A DNA stretch of 64,000 bases, taken from an uncultured Kaistella sp. GTDB lineage: Bacteria; Bacteroidota; Bacteroidia; Flavobacteriales; Weeksellaceae. The translations under genes were made by a program, and so were the position numbers. A model generated the notes under the pieces. The model was not told the DNA's origin and ran no database searches. It saw only the letters and a program-made list of their open reading frames with translations. Positions 19,971 through 29,282 of the stretch are shown piece by piece (position 1 is the first letter of the stretch; each line of letters starts with the position of its first letter). The DNA lies in NCBI GenBank assembly GCA_964532055.1, contig CAZHFE010000001.1:3576-67575 (forward strand), read 5' to 3'.

Positions 19971-21569
19971 ATGAAAAAAGCAAAATCATTATATGGAGGA
20001 ATGAAAGAAAATTTCCCTTCAGGACTTGTTGTATTTTTAGTGGCACTTCCGTTGTGTTTAGGAATTGCATTGGCTTCAGGAGCACCTCCTTTATCAGGAA
20101 TTATTGCGGGAATTGTCGGTGGAATTGTCGTGGGATACATCAGTAATTCTAATATTTCAGTTTCGGGTCCTGCTGCAGGATTAACGGCAATTGTTCTATC
20201 TGCTATTACAGATTTGGGAACATTCGAACTATTTCTTTGTGCCGGAATTATTGCCGGAATCATTCAACTGGTTTTAGGATTTATCAAAGCCGGAAGTATT
20301 TCCAATTATTTTCCGAATAACGTAATTGAAGGAATGCTTGCCGGTATCGGAATTATTATTATTCTAAAACAAATTCCTCACGCTTTAGGGTTTGACAAGG
20401 ATTATATAGGAAACCAAAGTCTTTTCGACAACGGATTCAATCTTGATTATTTTTCAGAATTGTTTTCTGGTATTCATTTGGGAGTAATTGCAGTTACTAT
20501 GGTTTCTATATCCATTCTTTTAGCGTGGGACAAAATCCCAAAACTAAAACAACTTAAAATGCTTCCTGGTGCTTTGGTTGCTGTTGCTGTGGGAATTTTG
20601 CTGAATTATATTTTCACAATTTCGGGGAGTTCACTGGCAATTGGTTCAGAACATTTGGTGTCGCTTCCTGTTCCGCAGAATGTTGACGATTTCAAAAATC
20701 TAATTGTATTTCCCGATTTTTCAGGACTTTTAAACTCAAAAGTTTGGATTGCAGGTGCAACGATTGCTATTGTCGCTTCTATCGAAACATTGCTTTGTAT
20801 TGAAGCTTCAGATAGATTAGACACTCACAGAAGAATTACGGACACCAATCTCGAACTAAAAGCACAGGGAATTGGTAATCTCATTAGTTCTGCTATCGGA
20901 GGTTTACCAATGACTTCGGTTGTAGTGAGAAGTTCCGCAAATGCAAACGCAGGAGCAACGTCGAAATTTTCTACAATAATTCACGGTGTACTTCTGTTGG
21001 TTTGTGTACTTTCCATTCCGTTTATTTTAAATTTAATCCCATTGGCAACATTGGCAGCAGTTCTTATCTTAATCGGATATAAATTGGCAAAACCCACGAC
21101 CATCGTACATTTTTGGCATAAAGGAAAATATCAGTTTATCCCGTTCATTGCTACAATTATTGCGGTTGTATTTCTTGATTTGTTGAAAGGAGTCGGAATT
21201 GGTTTGTTGATTTCCGTTATCTATATTTTGCAGGGAAATATGAAACGTGCTTATTATCTGAGTCGCGAAGAACTTGATGATGCTGATGAAATCAATATTA
21301 AATTGGCTGAAGAAGTTTCTTTCCTGAATAAAGCCGCTATCAAAAAAACACTGAAAAATGTAAAACCCAATTCAATTGTTCAGATTGATGCAAGAGGAAC
21401 TTCATATATTGCGACTGATATTCTAGAGATGATTCAGGATTTTGCCAATATCCGTGCAAAAGAAGAAGATATTGAAGTGAAGCTTATAGGATTTAGGACC
21501 TCTTACAAAGAGTTTGAAGATGAAGCGGAGGATTCTCATATAGTCATCGCACACAGAAGAGCAATGTAA
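19971..21569 (+). CDS. SulP/SLC26 anion (probable bicarbonate) transporter
   Basis: GLVVFLVALPLCLGIALASG, VSGPAAGL, ELKAQGIGN, PMTSVVVRSS, STAS-like tail. Confidence 0.94.
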   Translation: MKKAKSLYGGMKENFPSGLVVFLVALPLCLGIALASGAPPLSGIIAGIVGGIVVGYISNSNISVSGPAAGLTAIVLSAITDLGTFELFLCAGIIAGIIQLVLGFIKAGSISNYFPNNVIEGMLAGIGIIIILKQIPHALGFDKDYIGNQSLFDNGFNLDYFSELFSGIHLGVIAVTMVSISILLAWDKIPKLKQLKMLPGALVAVAVGILLNYIFTISGSSLAIGSEHLVSLPVPQNVDDFKNLIVFPDFSGLLNSKVWIAGATIAIVASIETLLCIEASDRLDTHRRITDTNLELKAQGIGNLISSAIGGLPMTSVVVRSSANANAGATSKFSTIIHGVLLLVCVLSIPFILNLIPLATLAAVLILIGYKLAKPTTIVHFWHKGKYQFIPFIATIIAVVFLDLLKGVGIGLLISVIYILQGNMKRAYYLSREELDDADEINIKLAEEVSFLNKAAIKKTLKNVKPNSIVQIDARGTSYIATDILEMIQDFANIRAKEEDIEVKLIGFRTSYKEFEDEAEDSHIVIAHRRAM

Positions 21570-21629
21570 TTTTAAAAAATAAATAATCCGGTTTTTTCGG
21601 TTAAAAATCAATTTAAAATATTAAAAATA

Positions 21630-22268
21630 ATGAAAGCACATACTTTAGAAACACAAGCTACCATAACACCTGAAAAAGCCCTCTTGTTTTTGAAAGAGGG
21701 CAACGAAAGATTTATTAATAATTTAAAAATCAATAGAAATCTGTTGGAGCAGGTAAATGATACAAGGGAAGGACAATGGCCATTTGCAGTAATCCTGAGT
21801 TGTATTGACAGCCGGACTTCTTCCGAACTGATTTTCGATCAGGGTTTAGGCGATATTTTCAGCATCAGGATTGCAGGGAATTTTGTAAATCAGGATATTC
21901 TCGGCTCTATGGAATTTGGCTGTAATGTTGCCGGTTCCAAACTGATTGTAGTTTTGGGGCACAGCAAATGCGGTGCGCTGAAAGGCGGTTTAGACGCCTC
22001 GAAAATTGAAGGTTTAGGAATGGATAATCTCAATCATCTCATCAATCATTTCGATGGCTGCATCACCGAAATTTTGAAAGAAGGCGAAGAAAGGTCCTCT
22101 AAAAATGAAGATTTGTTAGAAAGATTGGCTATTTGCAACATTCATAAAACAATTGCGGACATTCGAGATAAAAGTTCCACATTACGAAACCTAGAAAAAA
22201 ATGGAGATATAAAAATCGTAGGTGCAAATTATTGCGTGGAAACCGGTGTTGTAGAATGGTTCGGGTAA
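21630..22268 (+). CDS. Second beta-class carbonic anhydrase
   Basis: LKEGNERF, LSCIDSRT, RIAGN, GHSKCGA. Confidence 0.94.
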   Translation: MKAHTLETQATITPEKALLFLKEGNERFINNLKINRNLLEQVNDTREGQWPFAVILSCIDSRTSSELIFDQGLGDIFSIRIAGNFVNQDILGSMEFGCNVAGSKLIVVLGHSKCGALKGGLDASKIEGLGMDNLNHLINHFDGCITEILKEGEERSSKNEDLLERLAICNIHKTIADIRDKSSTLRNLEKNGDIKIVGANYCVETGVVEWFG

Positions 22269-22281
22269 ACTGAAATACAGC

Positions 22282-22307
22282 AAAGCCGGAATGTTTGTTC
22301 CGGCTTT
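22282..22307. terminator. Intrinsic terminator between convergent genes
   Basis: aaagccggaa-tgtttg-ttccggcttt. Confidence 0.8.
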
Positions 22308-22871
22308 TTATTTTCCGTTAAACGTGGTCATTGTATTTTGTATTCCTGCGAAAACGAATGACAGAGATGCTTTTGCGGCGGTTTCTATCCTTTCAAGAAG
22401 TGTTGCGTATTCTTCTTCGTTCCATTTTCCGAGAACGTAATCTACTTGTTTTCCTTCGGAAAAGTCGGCGGAAATTCCGAACCGTAATCTCTGGTAATTT
22501 TGGGTTTGCAATTCTTCTTGAATGCTTTTCAATCCGTTGTGTCCCGCATCAGAACCTTTCATTTTCATCCTTAAAGTTCCGAAAGGAAGCGCTAAATCAT
22601 CGGTAATAATCATTACATTTTCCAACGGAATATTTTCTTTCTGAAGCCAGAATTTCACGGCTTTTCCACTTAAGTTCATATAAGTATCGGGTTTCAGAAC
22701 GAGGACTTTTCTACCCTTATATTTTCCTTCGGCAAGAAGTCCGAAGTTTGAAGATTTGAAAGTAACTTCCAAAGTTTCCGCAATTTTATCGGCAATTTTA
22801 AACCCGACATTATGCCGGGTTTCAGTATATTCTTCTCCTTTGTTACCAAGCCCAACAATAAGATATTTCAT
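22308..22871 (-). CDS. pth: Peptidyl-tRNA hydrolase
   Basis: LIVGLGN, TRHNVGF, KPDTYMNLSG, DDL, GHNGLKSI. Confidence 0.97.
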   Translation of the reverse strand: MKYLIVGLGNKGEEYTETRHNVGFKIADKIAETLEVTFKSSNFGLLAEGKYKGRKVLVLKPDTYMNLSGKAVKFWLQKENIPLENVMIITDDLALPFGTLRMKMKGSDAGHNGLKSIQEELQTQNYQRLRFGISADFSEGKQVDYVLGKWNEEEYATLLERIETAAKASLSFVFAGIQNTMTTFNGK

Positions 22872-22881
22872 AACGAAAGGA

Positions 22882-23715
22882 TTATTGATAGGTATATTTT
22901 ACCGATCCACCGTCAATACCTGTTGTCATTTCCACATAATCTTCACTGTCATAAGTGTGGTTATAATTTACCTCTTCTGAAGTGCCATCATTATTGACAA
23001 CTTTGTATTTTGTTACGTTGTTTGTGGACAGAAAAGCTGCGCCTTGTGGACCCACTCCGGCCAAATAAATTGCAAATTCTTGAGGTAGCAATTTGTATGG
23101 AGATTTTTTAGCATCATAGGTAAAATCTGCCATTGTTGGGCGATCGTCCATTTCTAAAGTTCCGTCCGGTAAATACACTCCTGCATGTGCAACTAATTTT
23201 ATCATATTTTCACCTGCAAATTGGTATGTTGATTCCAAATATATTTTCACAGGAAACGGAAAAGTATATTCTTGGGTTGAGATAGATTTTGAAAGTTTAC
23301 CCGCTGTATAAGTGTAAGTTGTGGTAATTTTCCCAAATCCACCCGCTATTTCCGTAATCATTTTAGAAACCGAACCGCCACTGTATTCTAATGTAGTGTT
23401 TTGTCCTGTATTTTTAATTTTAGAAATCTTATTATTACTGTTGTATTCAAAAGTTGTTACCCCAGATTCATCACTAGTAGAAATGAGTTTGCTTCCTGAA
23501 TAATTAAAAACCATTTCTGTATCTTCCCACTCTCCGACATCATTTTTTTCGTGCGAATTGATTTTTTTCAACAACCTTGTTGAAGTAGGATTTTCGCCCG
23601 AACCGTTATTGATAAGTCCGTTCAGCAAATCACCGTTATCATCGCGGCTTGGTTCACATGAGAACACAATAAGCAAACTGAAAATAAACGCTAAAATATT
23701 AATAGTCTTTGTCAT
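22882..23715 (-). CDS. Hypothetical lipoprotein (beta-rich)
   Basis: Lipobox VFSC followed by RDDNGDLL; YD/RHS-like Y-x-Y pattern. Start set to ATG 23715. Confidence 0.75.
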   Translation of the reverse strand: MTKTINILAFIFSLLIVFSCEPSRDDNGDLLNGLINNGSGENPTSTRLLKKINSHEKNDVGEWEDTEMVFNYSGSKLISTSDESGVTTFEYNSNNKISKIKNTGQNTTLEYSGGSVSKMITEIAGGFGKITTTYTYTAGKLSKSISTQEYTFPFPVKIYLESTYQFAGENMIKLVAHAGVYLPDGTLEMDDRPTMADFTYDAKKSPYKLLPQEFAIYLAGVGPQGAAFLSTNNVTKYKVVNNDGTSEEVNYNHTYDSEDYVEMTTGIDGGSVKYTYQ

Positions 23716-23791
23716 CTTAAAAATGTTTTTGCAAAAGTAATCTTTTTTACAAAACAAAAATTTTGATTTTTTATTTTGAAAAATACAATTT

Positions 23792-26700
23792 TTATCCCAA
23801 AATTCTCTCCAAAACCAAATTCACTTCATCTACATTTTTTACGTTGTCTTTTCTCATTAAGAGTTGATTGTTTTTTTCTTTCAAAGTCGCTTCTTGCGGG
23901 TTTTGTGTGAGATAAGCGATGATGTTCCGGAATTTTTCACTTTGATAAAATTTATCCTGCGGATTTGGAGGAAAATATCCCAGAAAAACTCCGTTTTTTA
24001 CCACCAATTTTTCAAAGCCAATTTCTGCAGCGAGCCATTTCAGTTCTACCGATTTCAAAAGATTTTTAGCTTCTTTTGGTAGATTTCCGAAACGGTCAAT
24101 GAGTTCATTTTCAAATTGCTGCAAATCTTTTTCGTTGTCAATTTCCGCTAATTTCTGATAAAGCGACAATCGTTCTTCGGTTGAACTCACATAAAAATCA
24201 GGCAGCATCAGTTCCAAATCGGTGTCGATATTCACATCTTTTGTCGATTTGAAAAATTTTTTTCGGTCTTCTTTATTTTCAAAAAGATTGGTAAAATTAT
24301 CATCGTCTTTCAGTTCTTCCAACGCTTCCTGCATTAATTTCTGGTAAGTTTCAAAACCCATTTCGTTGATGAATCCGCTTTGTTCCGCTCCTAATAAATC
24401 TCCTGCTCCGCGAATTTCTAGATCTTTCATCGCAATCTGAAAACCGCTTCCCAAATCCGAAAACTGCTCAATCGCTTCGAGGCGTTTTCTCGCATCTGTA
24501 GTCATCATATCAAAAGGCGGCGTTATCATATAACAAAACGCTTTTCTGTTGCTTCGTCCTACTCTTCCGCGCATTTGGTGCAAATCTGCCATTCCGAATT
24601 TCTGGGCATCGTTAATAAAAATTGTATTTGCGTTTGGAACATCTACGCCACTTTCCACAATCGTTGTGGAAACCAAAACATCATATTTTCCTTCCATAAA
24701 ATCCAGAACATTTTGTTCCAGTTGTTTTCCTTCCATTTGTCCGTGTCCCGTAATAACTTTTGCATCAGGAACTAAACGCTGAATTAAACCGGCAATGTCT
24801 TTCAGGTTTTCAATTCTGTTGTTGATGAAATACACTTGTCCGTCCCGCTGAATTTCGTACGAAACCGCATCACGGATAATTTCTTCATTAAATACAATAG
24901 ATTGTGTTTCAACTGGTTGTCTGTTTGGTGGCGGAGTTTTAATCACGGATAAATCTCTTGCTGCCATGAGTGAAAATTGTAAAGTTCTCGGAATCGGAGT
25001 TGCCGTTAATGTCAAAGTATCGACATTGGTTTTCAGTGTTTTCAGTTTGTCTTTTACAGAAACGCCGAATTTATGTTCTTCATCAATAATTAATAAACCT
25101 AAATCTTTGAATTTCAAGTCTTTTCCAACTAACTGATGAGTTCCTATGACAATATCGATTTTTCCGTTTTTTAACCCTTCCAATGTTTCGGATTTTTGTT
25201 TTGCAGAACGAAAACGATTTAAATATGAAACAGTTACGGGAAAATCCTTTAATCTTTCTGTGAAACTTCGATAATGCTGAAACGCCAAAATCGTAGTCGG
25301 AACAAGAACTGCAACTTGTTTTCCGTCAGTTGCTGCTTTGAAAGCCGCTCTCATTGCAACTTCTGTTTTCCCGAAACCTACATCTCCGCAAATTAATCTG
25401 TCCATCACCGTTTCTGCTTCCATATCTTTTTTCACTTCGAAAGTCGCTTTTTCCTGATCGGGAGTATCTTCGTAAATGAAACTTGCCTCCAATTCGTTTT
25501 GCAGATAAGAATCCGGCGAATATTGAAATCCTTTTGCGGTTTTTCTTTGAGCGTATAATTTTATTAAATCAAATGCGATTTGCTTTACCTTTGCTTTGGT
25601 TTTTTGTTTCAGCGATTTCCAAGTAGGAGAACCGAGTTTCGACAAAATGATTTCTTTTCCATCGGGACCATTATATTTTGAAATTTTGTGAAGCGAATGA
25701 ATGGAAACGTACAGCAAATCGCCATTTTTATAAGTCAGTTTGAAACATTCCTGAACTTTTCCATCATTATTCACTTTTACCAATCCCATAAATTTCCCGA
25801 TTCCGTGGTCAATGTGTGCAATGTAATCACCGACTTTCAAAGACATTAAATCTTTCAGAGTGAGTTGTTCGGATTTTGCAAAAGCATTTTTGGCTTGATA
25901 TTTTTGATAGCGGTCAAAAATCTGATGGTCTGTATAGACTAAAATTTTATGTTCGGAATCGATAAAACCTTCGTGCAGTTCCGATTTGAAATTCTTAAAT
26001 GGAATTTCGTGTTCAAGTTCTTCAAAAATAGATTCGAGGCGTTCTCTCTGCTTTTCAGAGGAAAATGAAATCCAAATATCAAAACCCTGCTCTTTTTTTT
26101 CCTTTAAATCTTCGGCAAGAAGTTCAAAATTTTTGTGAAAACTCGGTTGAGGTTTTTGGTTAATAGTTATGAGTTTTGAGTTATGAATTCTTGATTCTTG
26201 GCTCTCGGTTCTTGGTTCTCTTGAAAAATCAACGGTTTTAAAATTTCTAATTCCATTTAAAAATTCGTCTTCGGAAACAAATAATTCTTCCGGTTTTTGG
26301 TGTTGGATATTTCCGCTGAATTTGGCAAAATTTTCTTCGGCTTTTTCGTAGAAATTTTTAATTTTATTCATTCCCAAATCCAGATTTTTAGAAATGATAA
26401 TCGCATTTTCCGGCAGCAATTCCAACAAAGAAACCTTGTTTCCCGAAACCGAAAAATTCATATTGGAAACCAACTGAAATTCATCAATTTTTTCCTGGGA
26501 AAGCTGCGTTTCGATGTCGAAAGTTTTAATGTTTTCAACCTCATTTCCGAAAAAAGAAATCCGGTACGGTTTTTCATTGGAGTAGGAAAAAACATCTACA
26601 ATTCCGCCTCTCACGGAAAATTCACCCGGTTCGGAAACAAAATCGGTTTGATGAAAATTGTATTTTTCCATCAGTTCTTCCGAAATATCAAAATCCAGAG

Positions 26701-27157
26701 AATCGCCGGTTTTTATTTTCAGGGAAATCGCTTTGAAGTCTTCTTTTTTTAGCACTTTTTCGGAAACCGCTCCGGAATAGGCAACGATAATTTTTGGATT
26801 TTTTTCGGAATTGAGTTTGTTCAAAACTTCGGTTCTCAAAACCAAATTTGCATTTTGTGTTTTCTCAATTTGATACGGTTCGAGATGAGTTGCCGGAAAA
26901 TATAGCACGTTTTCTTTACCCAAAAGATCTTCCATTTCGGCATTTGCATAGAGTGCGTTTTCTTTGTCATCAAAAAGAAAAAGTGTGGTTTTTTTCTGAA
27001 TCAGAAAAAGTTCCGACGCAAAAACCGACGGCGAAGAACCCGCAAAACCTTTCACGGAAAGATGCTGATGATTCTCAGAATTTTTAAAAATGGCTGCTCC
27101 GAATTCATTTTTCAGAAGATACGGAAGAAACGCTTCACTGATTTTTTTTAGTCCCAT
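23792..27157 (-). CDS. mfd: Transcription-repair coupling factor
   Basis: GEFSVRGGIVD, HIDHGIG, CGDVGFGKTEVAMRAAF, IIDEEH, QMRGRVGRS, DLEIRGAG. Confidence 0.98.
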   Translation of the reverse strand: MGLKKISEAFLPYLLKNEFGAAIFKNSENHQHLSVKGFAGSSPSVFASELFLIQKKTTLFLFDDKENALYANAEMEDLLGKENVLYFPATHLEPYQIEKTQNANLVLRTEVLNKLNSEKNPKIIVAYSGAVSEKVLKKEDFKAISLKIKTGDSLDFDISEELMEKYNFHQTDFVSEPGEFSVRGGIVDVFSYSNEKPYRISFFGNEVENIKTFDIETQLSQEKIDEFQLVSNMNFSVSGNKVSLLELLPENAIIISKNLDLGMNKIKNFYEKAEENFAKFSGNIQHQKPEELFVSEDEFLNGIRNFKTVDFSREPRTESQESRIHNSKLITINQKPQPSFHKNFELLAEDLKEKKEQGFDIWISFSSEKQRERLESIFEELEHEIPFKNFKSELHEGFIDSEHKILVYTDHQIFDRYQKYQAKNAFAKSEQLTLKDLMSLKVGDYIAHIDHGIGKFMGLVKVNNDGKVQECFKLTYKNGDLLYVSIHSLHKISKYNGPDGKEIILSKLGSPTWKSLKQKTKAKVKQIAFDLIKLYAQRKTAKGFQYSPDSYLQNELEASFIYEDTPDQEKATFEVKKDMEAETVMDRLICGDVGFGKTEVAMRAAFKAATDGKQVAVLVPTTILAFQHYRSFTERLKDFPVTVSYLNRFRSAKQKSETLEGLKNGKIDIVIGTHQLVGKDLKFKDLGLLIIDEEHKFGVSVKDKLKTLKTNVDTLTLTATPIPRTLQFSLMAARDLSVIKTPPPNRQPVETQSIVFNEEIIRDAVSYEIQRDGQVYFINNRIENLKDIAGLIQRLVPDAKVITGHGQMEGKQLEQNVLDFMEGKYDVLVSTTIVESGVDVPNANTIFINDAQKFGMADLHQMRGRVGRSNRKAFCYMITPPFDMMTTDARKRLEAIEQFSDLGSGFQIAMKDLEIRGAGDLLGAEQSGFINEMGFETYQKLMQEALEELKDDDNFTNLFENKEDRKKFFKSTKDVNIDTDLELMLPDFYVSSTEERLSLYQKLAEIDNEKDLQQFENELIDRFGNLPKEAKNLLKSVELKWLAAEIGFEKLVVKNGVFLGYFPPNPQDKFYQSEKFRNIIAYLTQNPQEATLKEKNNQLLMRKDNVKNVDEVNLVLERILG
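26166..26221. repeat. In-frame 7-nt-periodic repeat insertion inside mfd
   Basis: gttatga gttttga gttatga attcttg attcttg gctctcg gttcttg gttctct (8 x 7 nt), translated as ...SREPRTESQESRIHNSKLIT... Confidence 0.7.
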
Positions 27158-27365
27158 TTATTAATCGTATAAACGCAAAAAGCGATTCCGAAAGATTTTC
27201 CGAAACCGTGATTTACACCGCAAATTTACGAAAAATAAAGAACCGGTTGTTTTCAAAATCTTATTAATCTTTTTTTAAGAAGCGGTAAAGTTTGGTTAAA
27301 GTTAACCGAGATGAAATTTGTAGCATATAATTTGTTAATTTTACTTCAACAAATATTTTTTAATT

Positions 27366-27605
27366 ATGAAAAAATTATTAACAGCACTTTCCGTAGTCAT
27401 CGGACTCGGTTTGGCAAATGCACAACAAGTTGCTCCTGCTGCAACTACCACACAAACAAAATCTGCAAAACCGGCAGTTTCTGAAACAGTATCAAAACCC
27501 GGCGTAAAGTTGAAAAAAGACGGAACACCGGACAAAAGGTACAAAGCCAACAAACGCCTGAAGAAAGATGGAACTCCCGACAAAAGGTATAAAGAAAACA
27601 AATAG
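27366..27605 (+). CDS. Small secreted basic protein with two KKDGTPDKRYK repeats
   Basis: Signal peptide ending ANA|Q, low-complexity linker, tandem LKKDGTPDKRYK. Confidence 0.85.
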   Translation: MKKLLTALSVVIGLGLANAQQVAPAATTTQTKSAKPAVSETVSKPGVKLKKDGTPDKRYKANKRLKKDGTPDKRYKENK

Positions 27606-27623
27606 ATTTTTGTCAAACCCAAC

Positions 27624-27654
27624 AAAAACGGCTCAAATAATTTGAGCCGTTTTT
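27624..27654. terminator. Bidirectional intrinsic terminator
   Basis: aaaaacggctcaaa-taa-tttgagccgttttt. Confidence 0.85.
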
Positions 27655-28185
27655 TTATTTTTCAGAGAGTTCTTTCAGTTTTGCCAATCCTTCTTCAAAA
27701 GATTTATTCATCTGCCAATTCATACAGGGTTTCATCGGTTTGAAGTACGTATCTATTTCATAATCTATTGTCCACGTTACTTTTGTTGCGTCGTTTTCCG
27801 TTGAAAGAAGTAAGTCAGAAACGGCAGTATCTTCCATTGGTTTAATGAAATGCATTTTCGTAGAAACCTTTTTCATTGGTACAATTGCAGTAATTTCCTG
27901 TTCGCCTTCACCTACATCGTCATTTCCTTTCCAGTGATAACCATCGCCGATTTCTCCGCTTGTTCCTTTGTAAGTTATGACCAGATTCGGGTCGTATTTC
28001 ATCCACGGGTTCCATGAATTTATTGCTTTTGTAGAATTTACACTCTGCCACACTTTTTCTTTGGGAGCATTGATGACGATTGATTGTTCGTTATGACATT
28101 TGCTGTCAAAAAACAACATTGCAATCACGCAATACACTATCAGCAAAGCGATAATGACACCTAAAATTTTCAGAATTTTTTTCAT
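27655..28185 (-). CDS. SRPBCC (START-like) family protein
   Basis: IVINAPKEKVWQSV, WNPW, YHWKGN..VGEG, TKVTW, FEEGLAKLK. Confidence 0.88.
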   Translation of the reverse strand: MKKILKILGVIIALLIVYCVIAMLFFDSKCHNEQSIVINAPKEKVWQSVNSTKAINSWNPWMKYDPNLVITYKGTSGEIGDGYHWKGNDDVGEGEQEITAIVPMKKVSTKMHFIKPMEDTAVSDLLLSTENDATKVTWTIDYEIDTYFKPMKPCMNWQMNKSFEEGLAKLKELSEK

Positions 28186-28286
28186 TTTTAATTATTTTGT
28201 TGCAAACAAAGTTAGTCAATTTTACTATTCAAATTTATTTTTTGGTTTTGATGATAATAAATTTTCTTTACCTTTAAAAACAAAAA

Positions 28287-28655
28287 ATGCGAAGGTTTTT
28301 TTCAATTTTTCTTTTGTCGGTTTTTTTAGTTTTTATCGGCTGTATAAGAGCAGATACCAATAATTCCAGAGCGTATGCAGAAGGAAAAATTTCAGGCGAA
28401 AATGTGAATTTTTCTTCCGTTACCATAAAATTAGTGAGCGACAATACCCATATCGCATCTGCAATTCCTGATGATTCGGGAAATTTTGTTTTATCGGGAC
28501 CAATGACTTCCAGCTCTTTTTCATTGGTTTTGAACCAGAAAATAAAATCTTTCAGCGCATCAATGCAGGGTTGCGAAATTTCCGGAAACGGCAAAAAAAT
28601 TACTGTTCCCAAAGAGATTACTTATATTGTATTTCACGAAATTGTTTTGGAATGA
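28287..28655 (+). CDS. Hypothetical lipoprotein
   Basis: Signal peptide with FIGC lipobox; stop overlaps the next start (ATGA). Confidence 0.75.
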   Translation: MRRFFSIFLLSVFLVFIGCIRADTNNSRAYAEGKISGENVNFSSVTIKLVSDNTHIASAIPDDSGNFVLSGPMTSSSFSLVLNQKIKSFSASMQGCEISGNGKKITVPKEITYIVFHEIVLE

Positions 28656-29263
28656 AGAGCGTTTTCACTTTAATTTTACTGATGATTTCTGCGATGGTTT
28701 TTTCGCAGAATAAGAAAAAATACGATTTAGATGTGGTTGCAAATATTGATGCGAAATTCATTGCAATGCAGCCGATTGGGAACAATGCTTTTGCAAAATA
28801 TCTGCGTAGTTTTTACGGATTCGGTTTTGGCGGAAATTTGATGACGCCTATCAATTTCGGGATTGGTCTTGATGTGAATTTTCTGTATTCTAACGTGATT
28901 TATGGCAAAGAAAATCTCTACGGAAGTATTGCTTCACCGGTGATTAATTCTTATGATATTTATCTCACGCACCGCAGTATTCTTTCGGAAGAATTCTTTA
29001 CCGAAGAAATGGCGGGTTTCACTTTTTACCGGCAAATCAATCTTTTCACCGAAGAAAAAAACACGAAAAATATCAATTTGGGAAACGGTTTAAACTTCGG
29101 TGCAAAACTCGTTTATGTGCTTACAGAACCGCAGCAGGTTTTTCTCGCTGCGAAATTCAACACTTATAAAACTTCTGTTTTCAATGAAAATCCCGAAATT
29201 GAAAATTTCTATAATCATTCTTATTTTCTGAGTTTGAGTTTAGGGTATCGTTATCAATTCTGA
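28652..29263 (+). CDS. Outer-membrane beta-barrel-like hypothetical protein
   Basis: Signal peptide from ATG 28652; alternating hydrophobic strands; C-terminal LGYRYQF. Confidence 0.7.
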   Translation: MKSVFTLILLMISAMVFSQNKKKYDLDVVANIDAKFIAMQPIGNNAFAKYLRSFYGFGFGGNLMTPINFGIGLDVNFLYSNVIYGKENLYGSIASPVINSYDIYLTHRSILSEEFFTEEMAGFTFYRQINLFTEEKNTKNINLGNGLNFGAKLVYVLTEPQQVFLAAKFNTYKTSVFNENPEIENFYNHSYFLSLSLGYRYQF

Positions 29264-29282
29264 AATTTTATACATTTGCTCT

